Part shown: in pieces, positions 23,990 to 37,192 of the stretch
How the letters are laid out: every line of letters starts with the position of its first letter
Position numbering within the stretch: position 1 is the first letter of the stretch
Notes under the pieces: generated by a model
The model's database searches: none
Told to the model about the DNA's origin: nothing
What the model saw: only the letters and a program-made list of their open reading frames with translations
Made by a program: the position numbers and the translations under genes
NCBI RefSeq assembly: GCF_020745735.1
Contig: NC_083405.1
Span: forward strand, 104,412,135 to 104,476,134
DNA length: 64,000 nt
Origin: Hemiscyllium ocellatum
Lineage: Eukaryota
Direction of reading: 5' to 3'

Positions 23990-25510
23990 GAAACGTAGGA
24001 GCAATAAACCGGACACCTCTGGATACCCAAGAGTATCGAGGTCTGGACAAAAAAAGAAAAAAAAGTGAGACATATACCAGGTACAAATGGAGCAAATCCC
24101 AAAATGAATAGGAGAGCAAGTGGGGAATAAAAAATGCTGGCAGGCAAGTTTAGGGAGAATCCCAAGATATTCTACAAGTATATCAAGAGGAAGAGAACAA
24201 AATGATAAAGAACAGAGACTATTAGGCACCCAGAGGGTAATCTGCAGGAAATGGAGGACATTGGCAGAATGTTAAATGAGCATTTCACACCTGTCTTTAC
24301 TCAGGAGAAGGTGGATGCAAGTACAGAATTAAAGAAAATGGACTCTGATGTTCTTCAGCAGATTGATATAAGCAGCATGAAGGTATTGAAGGTTTTGACA
24401 GATTTTAAAAAGTGGATACATCCCCAGTCTGGACATATGCAAGGCCATTGTGGGATAGGAGGGAGGAAATTACAGACTGTTAATGTGGGTCCACTTCATA
24501 AAAATGCAGTAGATAACTCAGGGGAAGATATAGATCTTCAGGTGCTTGCCCACAGATCCCTGGAGGTGGCAGAATACGTTAATTGGGTCATTAGGGCATA
24601 CGGGACACTCAGAACATAGAACAGTACAGTGCAGCTTAGCACATGAGCAGGCCATTTGGCTCACTATGTCTTCCTACCAATTGCTTTTATCGGTCATGGC
24701 ATAGATTGAAAGAACAGGGAGGTTATGTTGGGACTGCACAGAACTTAGTTAACACATGCAGAACTGTGTGCAGTTCTCGTCACCGCACAATAAGGAGGAT
24801 GCAATTGCACTGGAGAGACTGGCAGATGCAAAGGTGAGTCTCCAAGATGTTGCCTCCATGAAAGCAATTCAGCCATGAAGAGAGGCTGGATAAGCTCAGG
24901 CTATTTTCTTTGAGGCAGAGAAGATCGACAGAGAACATGGCAAAGGTGTGTAAAAGTATAGGGAGCATGGGCAGGATAAATAGAAAGCAGCTGTTCCCCT
25001 TAGCTGAAGAGCTGAAAATGTGTTGCTGGAAAAGCGCAGCAAGTCAGGCAGCATCCAAGGAACAGGAAATTCGAGGTTTCGGGCATAAGCCCTTCATTCT
25101 GATGAAGGGCTTATGCCCAAAACCTGGAACTTCCTGTTCCTTGGATGCTGCCTGACCTGCTGTGCTTTTCCAGCAACACATTTTCAGCTCTTCAGCTAAG
25201 GGGAACAGCTGCTTTCTCCCCTTAGCTGAAGAGTCAATGACAGTGAGGTGCAATTTCCAAGTGAAAGGCAGGTGGTTTAGGAAAGATTTGAGGAAAACTA
25301 CTTTCACCCAGAGAGTAGTGAGCCTCTGGAATGCAATATTTGAGGCATGTAACTGCACAACCTTTAGAAGGATGAACACTTGAAATATCATGAATATTCA
25401 AGGTTATGGCACTAGTATGGGAAAGTAGGATTCATGTAGGTAGTTGCGTATTTTTGGCACTACAGACTTGAGGGACCAAAAGGACTCTTCTGTACTATAC
25501 TATTCTATGA
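23990..25510 (+). mobile_element. Internally deleted CR1 LINE
   Basis: LNEHF..VFT motif (ORF 24251..24619); FTQRVVSLWN at the 3' end. Confidence 0.8.
25012..25217. mobile_element. Palindromic PLE-derived micro-element plus inverted copy of its target
   Basis: Palindrome centred on 25098-25101; 25188-25217 is the reverse complement of 24982-25011; direct repeat 24995-25011 / 25217-25233. Confidence 0.9.
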
Positions 25511-25696
25511 AATAGGGCAGGTTCACAAGTACACTCGTATGTGAATGTTAAAATATAAATAACTGTATAGCGCGAAGTGAAATTTAAAATCACAATTCAA
25601 CCTATAGCCCATTGTACATGGATTATATGTGGAATTGCAAAGTGCACAGTGAAGCTCTCTTTATTGTATTTCAGCAACGTTACTCAGATCGCTCTT

Positions 25697-25915
25697 TGGA
25701 GTCATAGAGATGTACAGCAAGGAAACAGACCCTTCGGTCCAACCCGTCCATGCCGACCAGATATCCCAACCTAATATCCCTCCAAACCCTTCCTATTCAT
25801 ATACCCATCTAAATGCCTCGTAAATGTTGCAATTGTACCAGCCTCCAAGACATCCTCTGGCAGCTCATTCCATACACGTACCACCCTCTGTGTGAAAAAG
25901 TTGCCCCTTAGGTAC
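25697..25915 (-). mobile_element. Young CR1 3' end
   Basis: ORF 25771..25995 RGNFFTQRVVRVWNELP; (TCTATGAC)-type tail. Confidence 0.88.
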
Positions 25916-26392
25916 TTCCACGTCATGGTCTTTTTTAAAGAAAGTATGCACCAGTCGTTTTTTGGCCTCAGCAGGTTACTCCCAAATAATCTCATATTGT
26001 GCTTATAGCCACAGAAACTGGATTATTACTCCGGAATCTAGTACATTTCCAAAGATCAATTTTGGATTGAACCTTGCTTTGATTGATATTCATATGAATA
26101 ACTGTCGATTTTTCATTAAGACCTCACTTACTTGCTAAGATTTCCTGTCAATAACGCAAAATCTTCAATCATTTTCATGTAAAATACAGGCGGAAGCTCT
26201 TGACTTTGGAGAATGAGTTGATTACGCTTCCATATAAGTTAGCATTGTTCAGATTTTCACGTGAAACAAATACACAAAGCAAGTTTTAGACGCTACTTCT
26301 CTTTAAATATAGAATCATAAGAATCCCTACCGTTTAAATAGAAGCCTTCAGGCCCATTGAGTCTGCACTAACCCTGCAAACCGCTTCCCACC

Positions 26393-27030
26393 TGAAGTGG
26401 GAGTTGACATGGGGCATGCTGACACGGGGCATACAGACACAAGATGGCTGCTGAGCCATTGTGGAAAAGTACAGAGAAGCATACACAGACACTGCTCGAG
26501 GCCAACAGGATATCAGCACAATAGACACAGAACATGATAGTTAGTCGAAGGCCGTTTGGGGGGGTGGGGGGGGGGGGGGGGGGGGGGGGGGGGGAGGAGG
26601 AGAAGAATACACATCAGTAACGTATACTGACCTTCAACAGAAATGCTAACTACCCGAGACTGCTTGTATACAAGTTTTACTACATGTATAAGATTTGCAG
26701 GAATGGAAAACGATCTTCTTTCGCAGGAAGAACAATCACGACCAATAACTGCAGCGATGGACTTCTGCATAGCTGCTGAAACTGACAATGACTCTTTAAC
26801 ATTCCTTTGAAACAGACAATGATTGTAATGTTTTCTATACAATGCTGCACAAAGACTCTGAACCATTATACCATGAAATATATAAAATATCGTGACATGT
26901 GCTCAGAGGGAGAGAGAAGGCTCGCAGCTGACAGCCATGCTGCTGGACGTCTCTCTTTTCCTGGAACTCTGGTTTCTTTGTACAATAAACTCTAATTCGG
27001 ACTCAGAGACTGGTGGTTTTCCCCACCACA
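26393..27030 (+). mobile_element. Solo LTR (ERV or Gypsy type), 638 bp
   Basis: TG...CA ends, 4-bp TSD CACC (26389-26392 / 27031-27034), CCAAT near 26742, TATAAAA near 26881, AATAAA 26984-26989. Confidence 0.8.
26558..26594 (+). repeat. Poly-G tract inside the LTR
   Basis: About 37 nt of G with one T. Confidence 0.95.
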
Positions 27031-29169
27031 CACCCAAACACAATCCCTCACCCTAAGCCCATACCCCCACATTTACCATGCCTAATTCATCCAGCCTACA
27101 CATTCTTGGACACTATGGGACAATTTAGCATGGTTAATTCACCCAACTTATACATCTTTTGACTGTGGGAGGAAACCAACGCACCTTGAGGAAACTTATA
27201 CAGACACGGGGAGAATGTGCAAATTTCACAGACAGTTGCCTGTGGCTGGAATCAAACCTGTTTCTTTAGTACTGTAAGGCAGCACTGCTAGCCATTAAGC
27301 CACCATGCAGCATTTCCCCATATTCTAAATTTGCAACTACTGCCACTTAACTACCACGTCTAGGTGCTTCCTGTTTGTCTAATGAAGATGCATCTGATTA
27401 GAACTAGCTACAAAAATCACTTACAGCAATGATTAACATTTTTACTTCCACACCTTCCAAAGTGACATTATAAAAATATTGCAGAACCTGCCTCCCCCAA
27501 GAATACTTTTCTTTTTAAAACTTAGCCACACTTAAATATATAGACTTATCTTTTTTCTTAATATGACTAGACAATCCAGTGTCAAATCTCCAGGCAGTAA
27601 TTGAAAGAGGTTGAAACTGAAAGGTAGGATCAGAGGATGAGGCTGCCTCCTGCAAACAGGGCGGTCAAGGTCTTAATAAAACCCTTCCTTCGTATGCAGC
27701 ATTGGGGCCCCTGGTGTCATACAATTAAGAAATACTCTTCTTTTCAGATAGTTGGCACTGTTTCTTAGGAGGTGACTGTCCTTTGCACTTGTTCTGCGAC
27801 TTGCAAATGGACTCAAGACACAACCCATTTGCAACCTGGGGATAGTCTGTAATGCCTTCAATTAATAACTGCAAATTCAACATAATTTTATTCTTTTCCA
27901 TTACTTTCACATCAGAGATAAACAATGCCAGGTCTGACCAGAATCAAGACCTGTATCAGCATTGCTGATACTGATCGATCTCACCCGAAACATCACCTCT
28001 CCTGCTCGACCTGCTTTTTCCAGCTCCACATTTTAATGACCCAACAGAGTGAACAAGTGCAAAGAGGAAGCACTTTTCTGTTCACTCCATAGCTACAGAA
28101 AGCTATTTTGATTCATTTGCCTTTGTTTCTTAAATAAATTGAGGAAATCTGCTTTTCATTGCTGCTAATGAAAACTTCAAATAGGTCAGTCCAGGTGTAC
28201 ACCACTCTGCACCAGATCACTTTGCCCAGTCAGAGATATACAGCATGGAAACAGACCCTTTGGTTCTATCCTGCAAATGAGCCCACCAGTAACCTCCACA
28301 CACTGATGAATGATGTAAGATCAAACCACTGCGTAAACTGAACAACGGACTGGCCACATTTAGTTCAGAATAGCAAGTTAGGCAAAGAACACCGGTCAGG
28401 AGAATGGTAGACTGAGATAATGGAAGAAGCAATAGTACTAGTTACTTTTGAAGGACTCTTTAGAAACATTTCACAAACCAACAACCCATCTGACCACTAG
28501 TTGAGAAATCCTGATTTATAGAACAGAGTATAGCATCAGGTATTATCAGACAAGTATCAAAGCAATTTTAACAATTTACAATGAATATGGCAACAGAATA
28601 CCCATTTTAACAGCAAAGTGGTCAATTTTACCTGCAATACTTAATTCAAGATATTGAATTAACAAATAAAATTGAGTACAAGAACATTTGATAAGTAAGT
28701 TACAGGTAGAATGCTCTTTACTGACATTTCAATATTGAGACGGCTTTGTGGACATCAAAGAGATCTCCTGAAGTAGTTTAAAAAAAAGTGAAACCAATGC
28801 AATACCTCAAATTAATTAACTGAATAAAGTGTATAACATAAATAAGCAGCTACCATAAAGCAACAAAAAAAAATATTCACACAGTTCCTAAATTGCCAAG
28901 GGATGAGGTGGTAATGGAGATATAGTTGGATAACCAGAACGTTCCACCAGCTACTTTTAAGCATCTTGAAGGGGAGTGGATGGCAGAGAGGCAAGAAAAA
29001 AAAAAGTTTGCAATTGTATAACACCTTCTGGAATATCATGTCATTACATAACATTGAAGTGTAATGACTTGTTTAGCAGAGATCCAAAGCAATCAGTCAA
29101 TGTGTGCATAACTAAGTCCCACAAACAAAGTAATAAAAACCAGTTAAACCATTTTAAAAGGAAATAATA

Positions 29170-29372
29170 CAAATTATTGGTCAGGAAAAAAAGAGAGAAC
29201 TGCTCTCTAAGGTGTCAGCTTAATGCCTCAACCAAAAGATGACAGTTCTGAAGCCGAGCACTCACTCACTCACCGAAATAGCAAAATGGGTTGTGCACCT
29301 GTCTCGGAGTTGGAACTTGAATGGCTGCCTCTGACTCAGAAGCAGAATGCCAGCATTGAGGCAAGACTGACA
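29170..29372 (-). mobile_element. Ancient DeuSINE-like remnant (similar remnants near 46830-47070, 56540-56830, 59800-59930)
   Basis: Weak by-eye similarity to the Deu-domain SINE layout; highly diverged. Confidence 0.4.
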
Positions 29373-30479
29373 TTGGGGATTTTCAGCATGGAATCCAGAA
29401 AACAACAACCAGCAAAATGCTCAATTGTAATAAGACAAAAAGTGTATACAAGATGTCATAAACAGGATTGAAAGACTGGGAAAATACAAGATGGATATTA
29501 GACATAGACAATGTGAGCCTATGGAGATATTTATTATGAGAAAAATAATTTTAATTTGGACATATTTGGGGGAAATAGGTAAGAGGAAGAAAACCATGGT
29601 TTTTCACATTAATTGCATAAAATTTAATAACTCAGTGAATGTTCAGGATGCAAACTATCCTTTTATTTTCAAGTGTTTTTGTTGGAAAGAACAGTGGTAC
29701 ATCACATGCATTTTGAGATTTAGTTTTATTCTTTTTAAAACTCAACTTCTTCAGGAGCTACGAAGGTGCTGGAGACACCACACTCATTCACCAGCTTTCA
29801 GCGAATAAAGTAGAGTGGGTCTTTTAACTGCTGCAGCCTTGGTTTTGACAGGAAACTCCAGAAGATGGTTCCAGTGACAATGAAGGAAAGACAATCTATG
29901 CTGGAGGCAAGATATTATAACTTGAAGGTGTTAGCATTCCTATGAATTTTCTGCTCTCACCTTAGTAGTGAAATTCACACACGAGAGGAGTATTTTAATA
30001 AATTTGGTGAGTTGTTACAGTTCAGTGGCAGAGTGCAATCAAGCAGACTAAATATTTGTGCTTAGTTACACGTTTTAATGATAATAATTCTGTAAATGGG
30101 TTTCTTTTGAATTTTATTAAGCACAGAATTGCAGAATGCTCTTCTCAAAAACTGTTTCAATACCCTTTCAGACTTCACTTCCAGTTAATTAGAAAAACAA
30201 ACTGGTATGAGCAGCTAAAAAGCAAATAATATTCGTTACAAGCTGAACTCTAACTTCTCATGCTCTTCAGCAATAAAAATACATTTTCATGAAGCTCTTT
30301 ACTTAATTTTGTTCTAGTAAAGACTACATAAATTAATTCCATGTGGAGTCAAAGGAAAGTGGTTAAGGCAGCCATTTTATGCCCAGTATACCATATTTAC
30401 ATGTAGTTCTTCTATAATATAATGATTGTGTTCTCGTGCAACCCCGCATCATAGAAAAATCTACCACAGGTTTGGTTTT

Positions 30480-31900
30480 AGACTTGTAGACAGTGGCCAG
30501 GCTTCAGGGAGTCAGGAGGCAAGTTACTCACTGCAATATTCTTTGACTCTGACCTGCTCTTATAGTCGGCTTTTATTTGGCAAATAAAAGTTGCATTCTC
30601 AGTCATTGGTCACTTCCAGGATGTTGATAGTGGGGGATTCAGTAATTGCAATACCATTGAATGTCGAGTGGTGACGGTTAGATACTCACTTATCGGAGAC
30701 TGTCATTGTCTGGTATTTGGGTGCCATGTATAATACTTTCCACTTGTCAGCTTAAGCTTGAATATTGTCTCAATGCAGCTAAATGTGGATGTGGACAACT
30801 TCAGTATTTGAGCCTTCATGAATGGTGCTGAACATTGTTCAAACATCCCCACTTCTGACCTTAAGATGAAGGGAAGGCCACTGATAAGCAGATGAAAATG
30901 GTTGGGCCTAGACGCTATGCTGAATATCTCCTGCAGAGATATCCTGAAGCGGAGATGACTGCCCTCCAACAACCATAACCATTTATGTGCCAGGTATGAC
31001 ATTAACCAATGGAAAGATTCCCCCTCCCAATTTCTACTGGCTCCAGTTTTGCTAGAGTTTCTTGATGCCACACTCTGTCAAATGCGGCTTTGAAGTCAAG
31101 TACAATTACTCTCACCTTACCTTTGGCATTCAGCTGCTTTGCCCATGTTTGAACCAAGGTTGTAATGAGATCAGGGGCTGAGGAGCAGTAGCAGAACCCA
31201 AACTGGACAACCACCAGATTCTGCTCGATAGTACTGTGATGACCCCCTCCATCACTTTGCTTACGATCAAGAGTAGGCTGATGAGGCAGGAACTGGTTGG
31301 GTTGGATTTGGTCTGCTCTGTGTTTATCGGACATAGCTGGGCATTTTTCCAGGTTGTTGGCTGGATGCTAGTGTCACAGCTATACTAGAACAGCTTGACT
31401 AGGGGTGTAACAAGTTCTGTAGTACATCTCTTCAGAACAATTGATGAAATGCTGTCCAGCCATATAAGTTTTGTAGTATCTAGTAGTTTGAACATTTTCT
31501 TGATAAACCGTGAAGTGAACTGAATTGGTTGGAAACTGGTATCTCAAATGCTGGGGACTACTGGAGAAAAGCGAGATGGATCACTTGTGGCTGAAGACGG
31601 TTGCAAATGATTGTCTTTTGCACTGAATGTTTTAAAAATCTCTCCACCCGAGGCTCCCAGCCTCATTCCTGATTTAGGGCTTTTGCCCAAAACATTGATT
31701 TTCCTGGTCCTTGGATGCTGCCTGACCTACTGCACTTTTCCAGCAAAAACACTCGAGTCTAATCTCCAGTATCTGCAGTCCTCACTTTCGCCTAGCTGAT
31801 TTTGCACTGATGTGCTGGGTTCCCACATCATTGGGAATGGGGATATTTGTAGAGTCTCTTCCTCCAGTAAGTTGATTAACTGCCCTACACCTTGCACAGC
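30480..31900 (-). mobile_element. Non-LTR retrotransposon RT fragment (CR1/L2 group)
   Basis: ORF 31002..31334 QFGF...VLDFKAAFDRVWH. Confidence 0.85.
31639..31797 (+). mobile_element. PLE terminal-repeat copy with a decayed hammerhead
   Basis: Homologous to 9375-9530; flanking direct repeat TTTTGCACTGA. Confidence 0.8.
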
Positions 31901-32106
31901 CTAGATGCTTACAGTGCACAGTTTATTCAGTCTCCGTATTATAAAAACATTTGTAGACGCTGAAGGCTTTGTATCGAATTTTGTCTAGTAAAACTTCTGT
32001 GAAATGCCTTGTTATATTTATAGGAAACATATAAATGCAAGTTGATGTTGCTGGTCATCAACTTCTAGTGTTCTATTTTTAGCCCAAGAAGAGTATAATA
32101 TATGCA

Positions 32107-32294
32107 GCTGCAAATGTGTTGCTGGTCAAAGCACAGCAGGTTAGGTAGCATCTCAGGAATAGAGAATTCGACGTTTCGAGCATAAGCCCTTCATCAGGAA
32201 TAGCTATTCCTGAGATGCTGCCTAACCTGCTGTGCTTTGACCAGCAACACATTTGCAGCTGTGATCTCCAGCATCTGCAGACCTCATTTTTTAC
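32107..32294. mobile_element. Palindromic PLE-derived micro-element
   Basis: Inverted arms; 13-bp TSD TATAATATATGCA (32094-32106 / 32295-32307). Confidence 0.92.
32166..32201 (-). ncRNA. Minimal type I hammerhead ribozyme motif
   Basis: AUUC-CUGAUGA-A-GGGC(UUAU)GCUC-GAAAC-GUC-GAAU: core, stem I, stem II and palindromic ACGU stem III all present. Confidence 0.8.
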
Positions 32295-32821
32295 TATAAT
32301 ATATGCAACCAATAAACTGTTACCAAAATGGATGATTGGAGCACAAATTGGAGGCAGACTATCAAAGTCTCAAGATGAAGGAGAACCAAGGATAGAGCTC
32401 AGAAGCATACTTTTCAAGTCAAATAAAGACAAGATGCCACAGTCCAAGAGGTGATGAGATCAAAAGTTGAAAATATTCTTTTTGCACAATGACAAAACAG
32501 CATTAAAGGGGAAGTGAGAAGCCATGAACAAGAGACTATTAAAAGCCTTGAGCGGACTAAGGTAAAAATCACACAACACCGGGTTTATTTGGAAGCACGA
32601 GCTTTTGAAACGTAGACAGCATTTACTTCATGCAATTGTGGTACCACAGGTGGATGTGAACCACTGTAAACTTGTGACTGTTAATGCTGTTGATGATATG
32701 AAAACAGAAAATAATGGAACTTGCAGATATAGCTTAGACACATAGGCAGTTAAATAAAATTCAACAGAAACTTAAGATTTCAATAATAGCCACAAAAGGT
32801 TTATTAGGTACACAATTAATT

Positions 32822-32903
32822 GAGCTAAGAGTCTGGTGCTGGAAAAACACAGCACCACACTCTTGGCTCTAATCTCCAGCATCTGCAGTACTTACTTTTG
32901 CAT
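32822..32903. mobile_element. 82-bp fold-back PLE remnant
   Basis: 20-bp imperfect inverted arms plus tail; TSD AATTAATT (32814-32821 / 32904-32911). Confidence 0.8.
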
Positions 32904-33219
32904 AATTAATTTAATTCAATTAACAGGAAAAGATTCAAACAAAGATGGCCTCCCACGCAAGCATATCTTCCCTTAGAGAAGGCGACAGTACTTTAGATAC
33001 TCAGCTGCTTGCTGCTAGAAAGATTTATTCATGACAGATTCTTTTCTGACTAATACTTAATACTTTGACAAATCAGAATATCTCGTCATTTGGTTCCTTA
33101 TACTTTGAGAGATCTTGCCTTGCTTTCTACGATTCGATGGCTGACAGTAACTTCATTTCAAAATGTAATTAATCAGTTGTAAAGAACTTAGACATGCAGA
33201 GATTGCAAGAGGTTCTATA

Positions 33220-34192
33220 TAGAGTCATAGAGACATACAGCACAGAAACAGATCCTGTGGTCCAACTCGTCCATACCAACCAGACATCCGAAACGAATCT
33301 AGTCCCATTCACCAGCATTTGGCCCATATCCCTCTAAACCCTTCCTATTCATATACTCACCCAGGCGTCTTTTAAATGTTGTAATTGTACCAGCCCCCAC
33401 CACTTCCTCTGGCAGCTCAATCCATACACACACCACACTGTGAAAAGGTTGCCCCCAAGTCCCTTTTATATCTTTCCCCTCTCACTCTAAACCTATGCCG
33501 TCTAGTTCTGGATACCCACACCTCAGGGAAAAGACCTTATCTATTTATCTTATCCATTCCCCTCATGATTTTATAAACCTCTCTAAGGTCACCCCTCAGC
33601 CTCTGATATAGCCCCAGCCTATATAGCCTCTGCCTATAACTCAAACTCCGGCAACATCCTTGTTTTTTGAACCCTTTCAAGTTTCACAACATCTTTCTGA
33701 TAGTAGGGACATCAGAATGTACACAATATTCCAAAAGTGGCCTAACCAATGTCTTACACCCAAGTCTTTCAATATGTTGAGAACAGCACTACATTTAACT
33801 TCTGCTTTTAAAGAAAGTAAAGCTAGAGAGCAACATCTCTAAAGGATTGGATACTCTGGAGGCAGGAAACACGTTTCCACTGATGGGTGAGTGCCGAACC
33901 AGAGGACACAGCTTAAAAATATGGGGTAGACCTTTAAGTCAGAGATGAGGAGAAACTTCTTCACCCAGAGAGTGGTGGCTGTGTGGAATGCTCTGCCCCA
34001 GAGGGCAGTGGAGGCTCAGTCTCTGGATTCATTTAAGAAAGAGTTGGATAGAGCTCTCAAGGACAGTGGAATCAAGGGTTATGGAAATAAGGCAGGAATA
34101 AGATACTGATTAAGGATGATCAGCCATGATCATATTGAATGGTGGTGCAGGCTCGAAGGGCAGAATGGCCTACTCCTGCGCCTATTGTCTAT
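33220..34192. mobile_element. Two CR1 3' fragments (- 33220-33755; + 33842-34192)
   Basis: RNFFTQRVVAVWNALP motif and CR1 3' UTRs. Confidence 0.85.
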
Positions 34193-36900
34193 TATCTTGG
34201 AGAAATGCTGGAACTTGCGGTCCCTTGAAAACGGAAACATTCTAGTAATTCCTGTGCAGCATGAAATCGCACGTAACTTTTGTTATAGCAGTTATTACTT
34301 TCCCCAGACAATTTTCAACAAAATGGCAAAAGGAAAGTGACAATAAATACTGCTAAGGTTACAATGTTCGTAATCCAGCTTCAAATAAATATTAGTACCC
34401 ATATGTACCCTTTATCAAAGTAGTATTTAGGAAAATCAAGTTTTTGTTCCCAAAAAGAATGAAAACTAAACTTCAGATGAACGTAGAGCAAAGAGTCAAA
34501 CATTTTATCAAAATCTGTGTACAGTCATCCAGTACTCATTGATACAGTATAGATTGCCAGCTCCAGAAACATTGAACATCAACAAATGCTCTGAGTCAAC
34601 CTTATAGTGGATAACCTTGCAAAGGAAGATGGATCAAAAGATATTAAGATAACTCAAGGAAGAGCTCCAAACACTTCAGCTACAGTAGATGCTGCTTTCA
34701 CAATGTTAAATCACCACACTCCATGCTAACTGCCTTTTCATCCCCTGGTATCAGTGAACTGAGGTCACCACGAAGACCCAACCTTCTCAATATTGACCTT
34801 TGCTTGAGGCATGGTGATGTCAAGTTTAAACCACCAACACATCTCTCTATGGGCCTCTGGGCCAATGACAACTTACCTATCCGTCAACCATCCTAAACGG
34901 TCATCCCTTTCTAATTAAAAATGTAAATATTGAAACTATTGCCTCTTAAACTTAATAAACTACTTCAAAATTTATCAATTATGCAACTGCTGTCATAAAC
35001 ACCCAAAATCTAAAAGAACTGAGTTAGCTTGGCCAATAACTGACGGAAAGTAATCTTTAGCACAAAACTAATTGGTTATGTTTTGTATTTTTTAAGCTTT
35101 GGATTGAAAAGTCTAGTGGGCCCAATTTGTTGTGAACATTGTTATAATTTATCTACCTACCTTCTGGCCAATAACAACTTGAAAATATACAATAACTTCA
35201 ATTCAATTATTTATTGCAACGAGGGGTATGCCAGGTTCCATGCGATTGATTGCGATAGAGGTCTCTATAGTCAGAGACACAGACAGGCTTTTCTGCAGTC
35301 GACAACAAGAAATCATAAGTGTGTTGCCTCTTTGGTGCCAGGATCAAGGATGCAGAATATTCTCAAAGTGGAGTGGGACCAGAAGGAGGTCATTGTACAC
35401 ATTGGAACTAATGACATAGGAAGGAAAGAGGATGAGATTCTGAAGAGAGAATATAGGAAGTTAGGCAGGAATTTAACAAGGAGGCCCTCGAGGGTTAGTA
35501 GTATCTGGGTTATCCCCGGTGCTGTGAGCTAGTGAGGGTAGGAATAGGAGGATTGAGCAGACGAAGGTGTGGCTGAGGAGCTGGTGTAGGGGAGAATAGT
35601 TCACATTTTTGGAACATTGGAATCTCTTCTAGGATAGAAGTACAAGCAGCATGAATTGCACCAGAATTGGAAGGGAAATAATATACTGGCAGGGAGATTT
35701 GGTAGAGCTGCTTGGGAGGATTTAAACTGGTAAGGCTTATTTTGGGGCGGGGGGGGAGCAGAGAGATAGTGAGGAAAGAGATCAGTTGGACACTGACAGC
35801 TGAGAAACAGAGTAACTCAAACAGTTAGGACAGGCAGGAACAAAGCAAAGAACAAGGTAAATTAAACTTCATTTATTTCAATGCAAGTGGCCTAATGGGA
35901 AGGCAGATGAACTCAGACCATGGTTAGGAACATGGGACTGGGATATCATAGCAATTACAGAAACATGACTCAGGGATGGACAGAACTGGCAGCTTAATGT
36001 TCCAGGATTCAAATGCTACAGGAAGGATAGAAAGGGGAGAGAGAGGAGGGGGAGTGGCATTTTTGATAAGGATAATATTATTTCCGTACTTGAGGATATT
36101 CCTGGGAATACATCCAGGGAGGTTATTTGGGTGAAACTAAGAAATAAGAATCCTCCCACTTCCTCTAGACCAAAGGGGTAGCCATGGGCACCCATATGGG
36201 CCCCAGCTATGTCTGTCTCTTTATTGGCTACATAGAACAGTCCATCTTCTGTAGTTGTACCGGCACCACGCCCCACCTTTTGAAAAATAGCATTAAGAAT
36301 CCAAATTAGCATTAAGGACAAGTCACAAACTCGATTGAGCTTTTTTGAAGTAACGAAGAAGATTGATGAGAGCAGAGCAGTGACGTAATCTATATGGACT
36401 TCAGTAATGCTTTCAATAAGGTTCCTCATGGTAGATTGGTTAACAAGGTTATATCATGTGGAATTCAGGGAGAATTAGCCATTTGGATACAGAACTGCCT
36501 TGAAGGTAGAAGACAGAGGGTGGTGGTGGAGAGGGTTACTTTTCAGGAGCCCTCTGACCAGTGGTATGACATGGGGATTGGCAGAGTCCACTGCTTTTTG
36601 CCTTTTTTCTACATAGTTCGGATCTGAACATATACTTAGTAAGTTTGCAGATGACACCAAAACTAGAGGTGTAGTGCATAGCTGTACAGGACATTGGTTA
36701 GGTCACTTTTGGAAGATTGTGCACAATTCTGGTTCCTACCACTCCCCCACCCCTCCCCAGAGGAAGAATGTTGTGAAAGGGCTCAGAAAAGTCTTACAAG
36801 GATGTTACCCTGATTGGATGGTTTGAGCTATGGGGAGAAGTTGAATAGACAGGGGCGGTTTTCCGTGGAGAATCAAAGGCTGAGGGGTGACATTATAGAG

Positions 36901-37192
36901 ATTAGATTAGATTAGATTACTTACAGTGTGGAAACAGGCCCTTCGGCCCTACAAGTCCACATCGACCCGCCAAAGCGCAACCCACCCATACCCCTACATT
37001 TACCCCTTACCTAACACTACGGACAATTTAGCATGGCCAATTCACCTGACCCGCACATCTTTTGTACTGTGGGAGGAAACCCACGCAGATACAGGGAGAA
37101 CGTGCAAACTCCACACAATCGGTCGTTTGAGGCCGGAATTGAACTCGGGTCTCTGGCGCCGTGAGGCAGCAGTGCTAACCACTGTGCCGTCC
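36901..37192 (-). mobile_element. Full-length HE1-type V-SINE inside CR1
   Basis: Head, V-domain and (TCTAA)n tail; host CR1 sequence resumes on both sides. Confidence 0.92.

Larger units (their letters stand above)
26310..27310 (-). mobile_element. HE1-type SINE split by an LTR (26310-26392 and 27031-27310)
   Basis: SINE tail and body rejoin seamlessly when 26393-27030 and one CACC are removed. Confidence 0.8.

Noticed and set aside
25012-25190. Short palindromes as MITEs/DNA transposons or miRNA hairpins
   Set aside because: Arms are homologous to PLE 3' ends, TSD lengths vary (8-17 bp) and arms are asymmetric; no evidence for miRNA processing from sequence alone.
27953-27971. 9-bp perfect hairpin GTATCAGCA-T-TGCTGATAC next to a decayed PLE end
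   Set aside because: Too short to distinguish from chance or junction filler.
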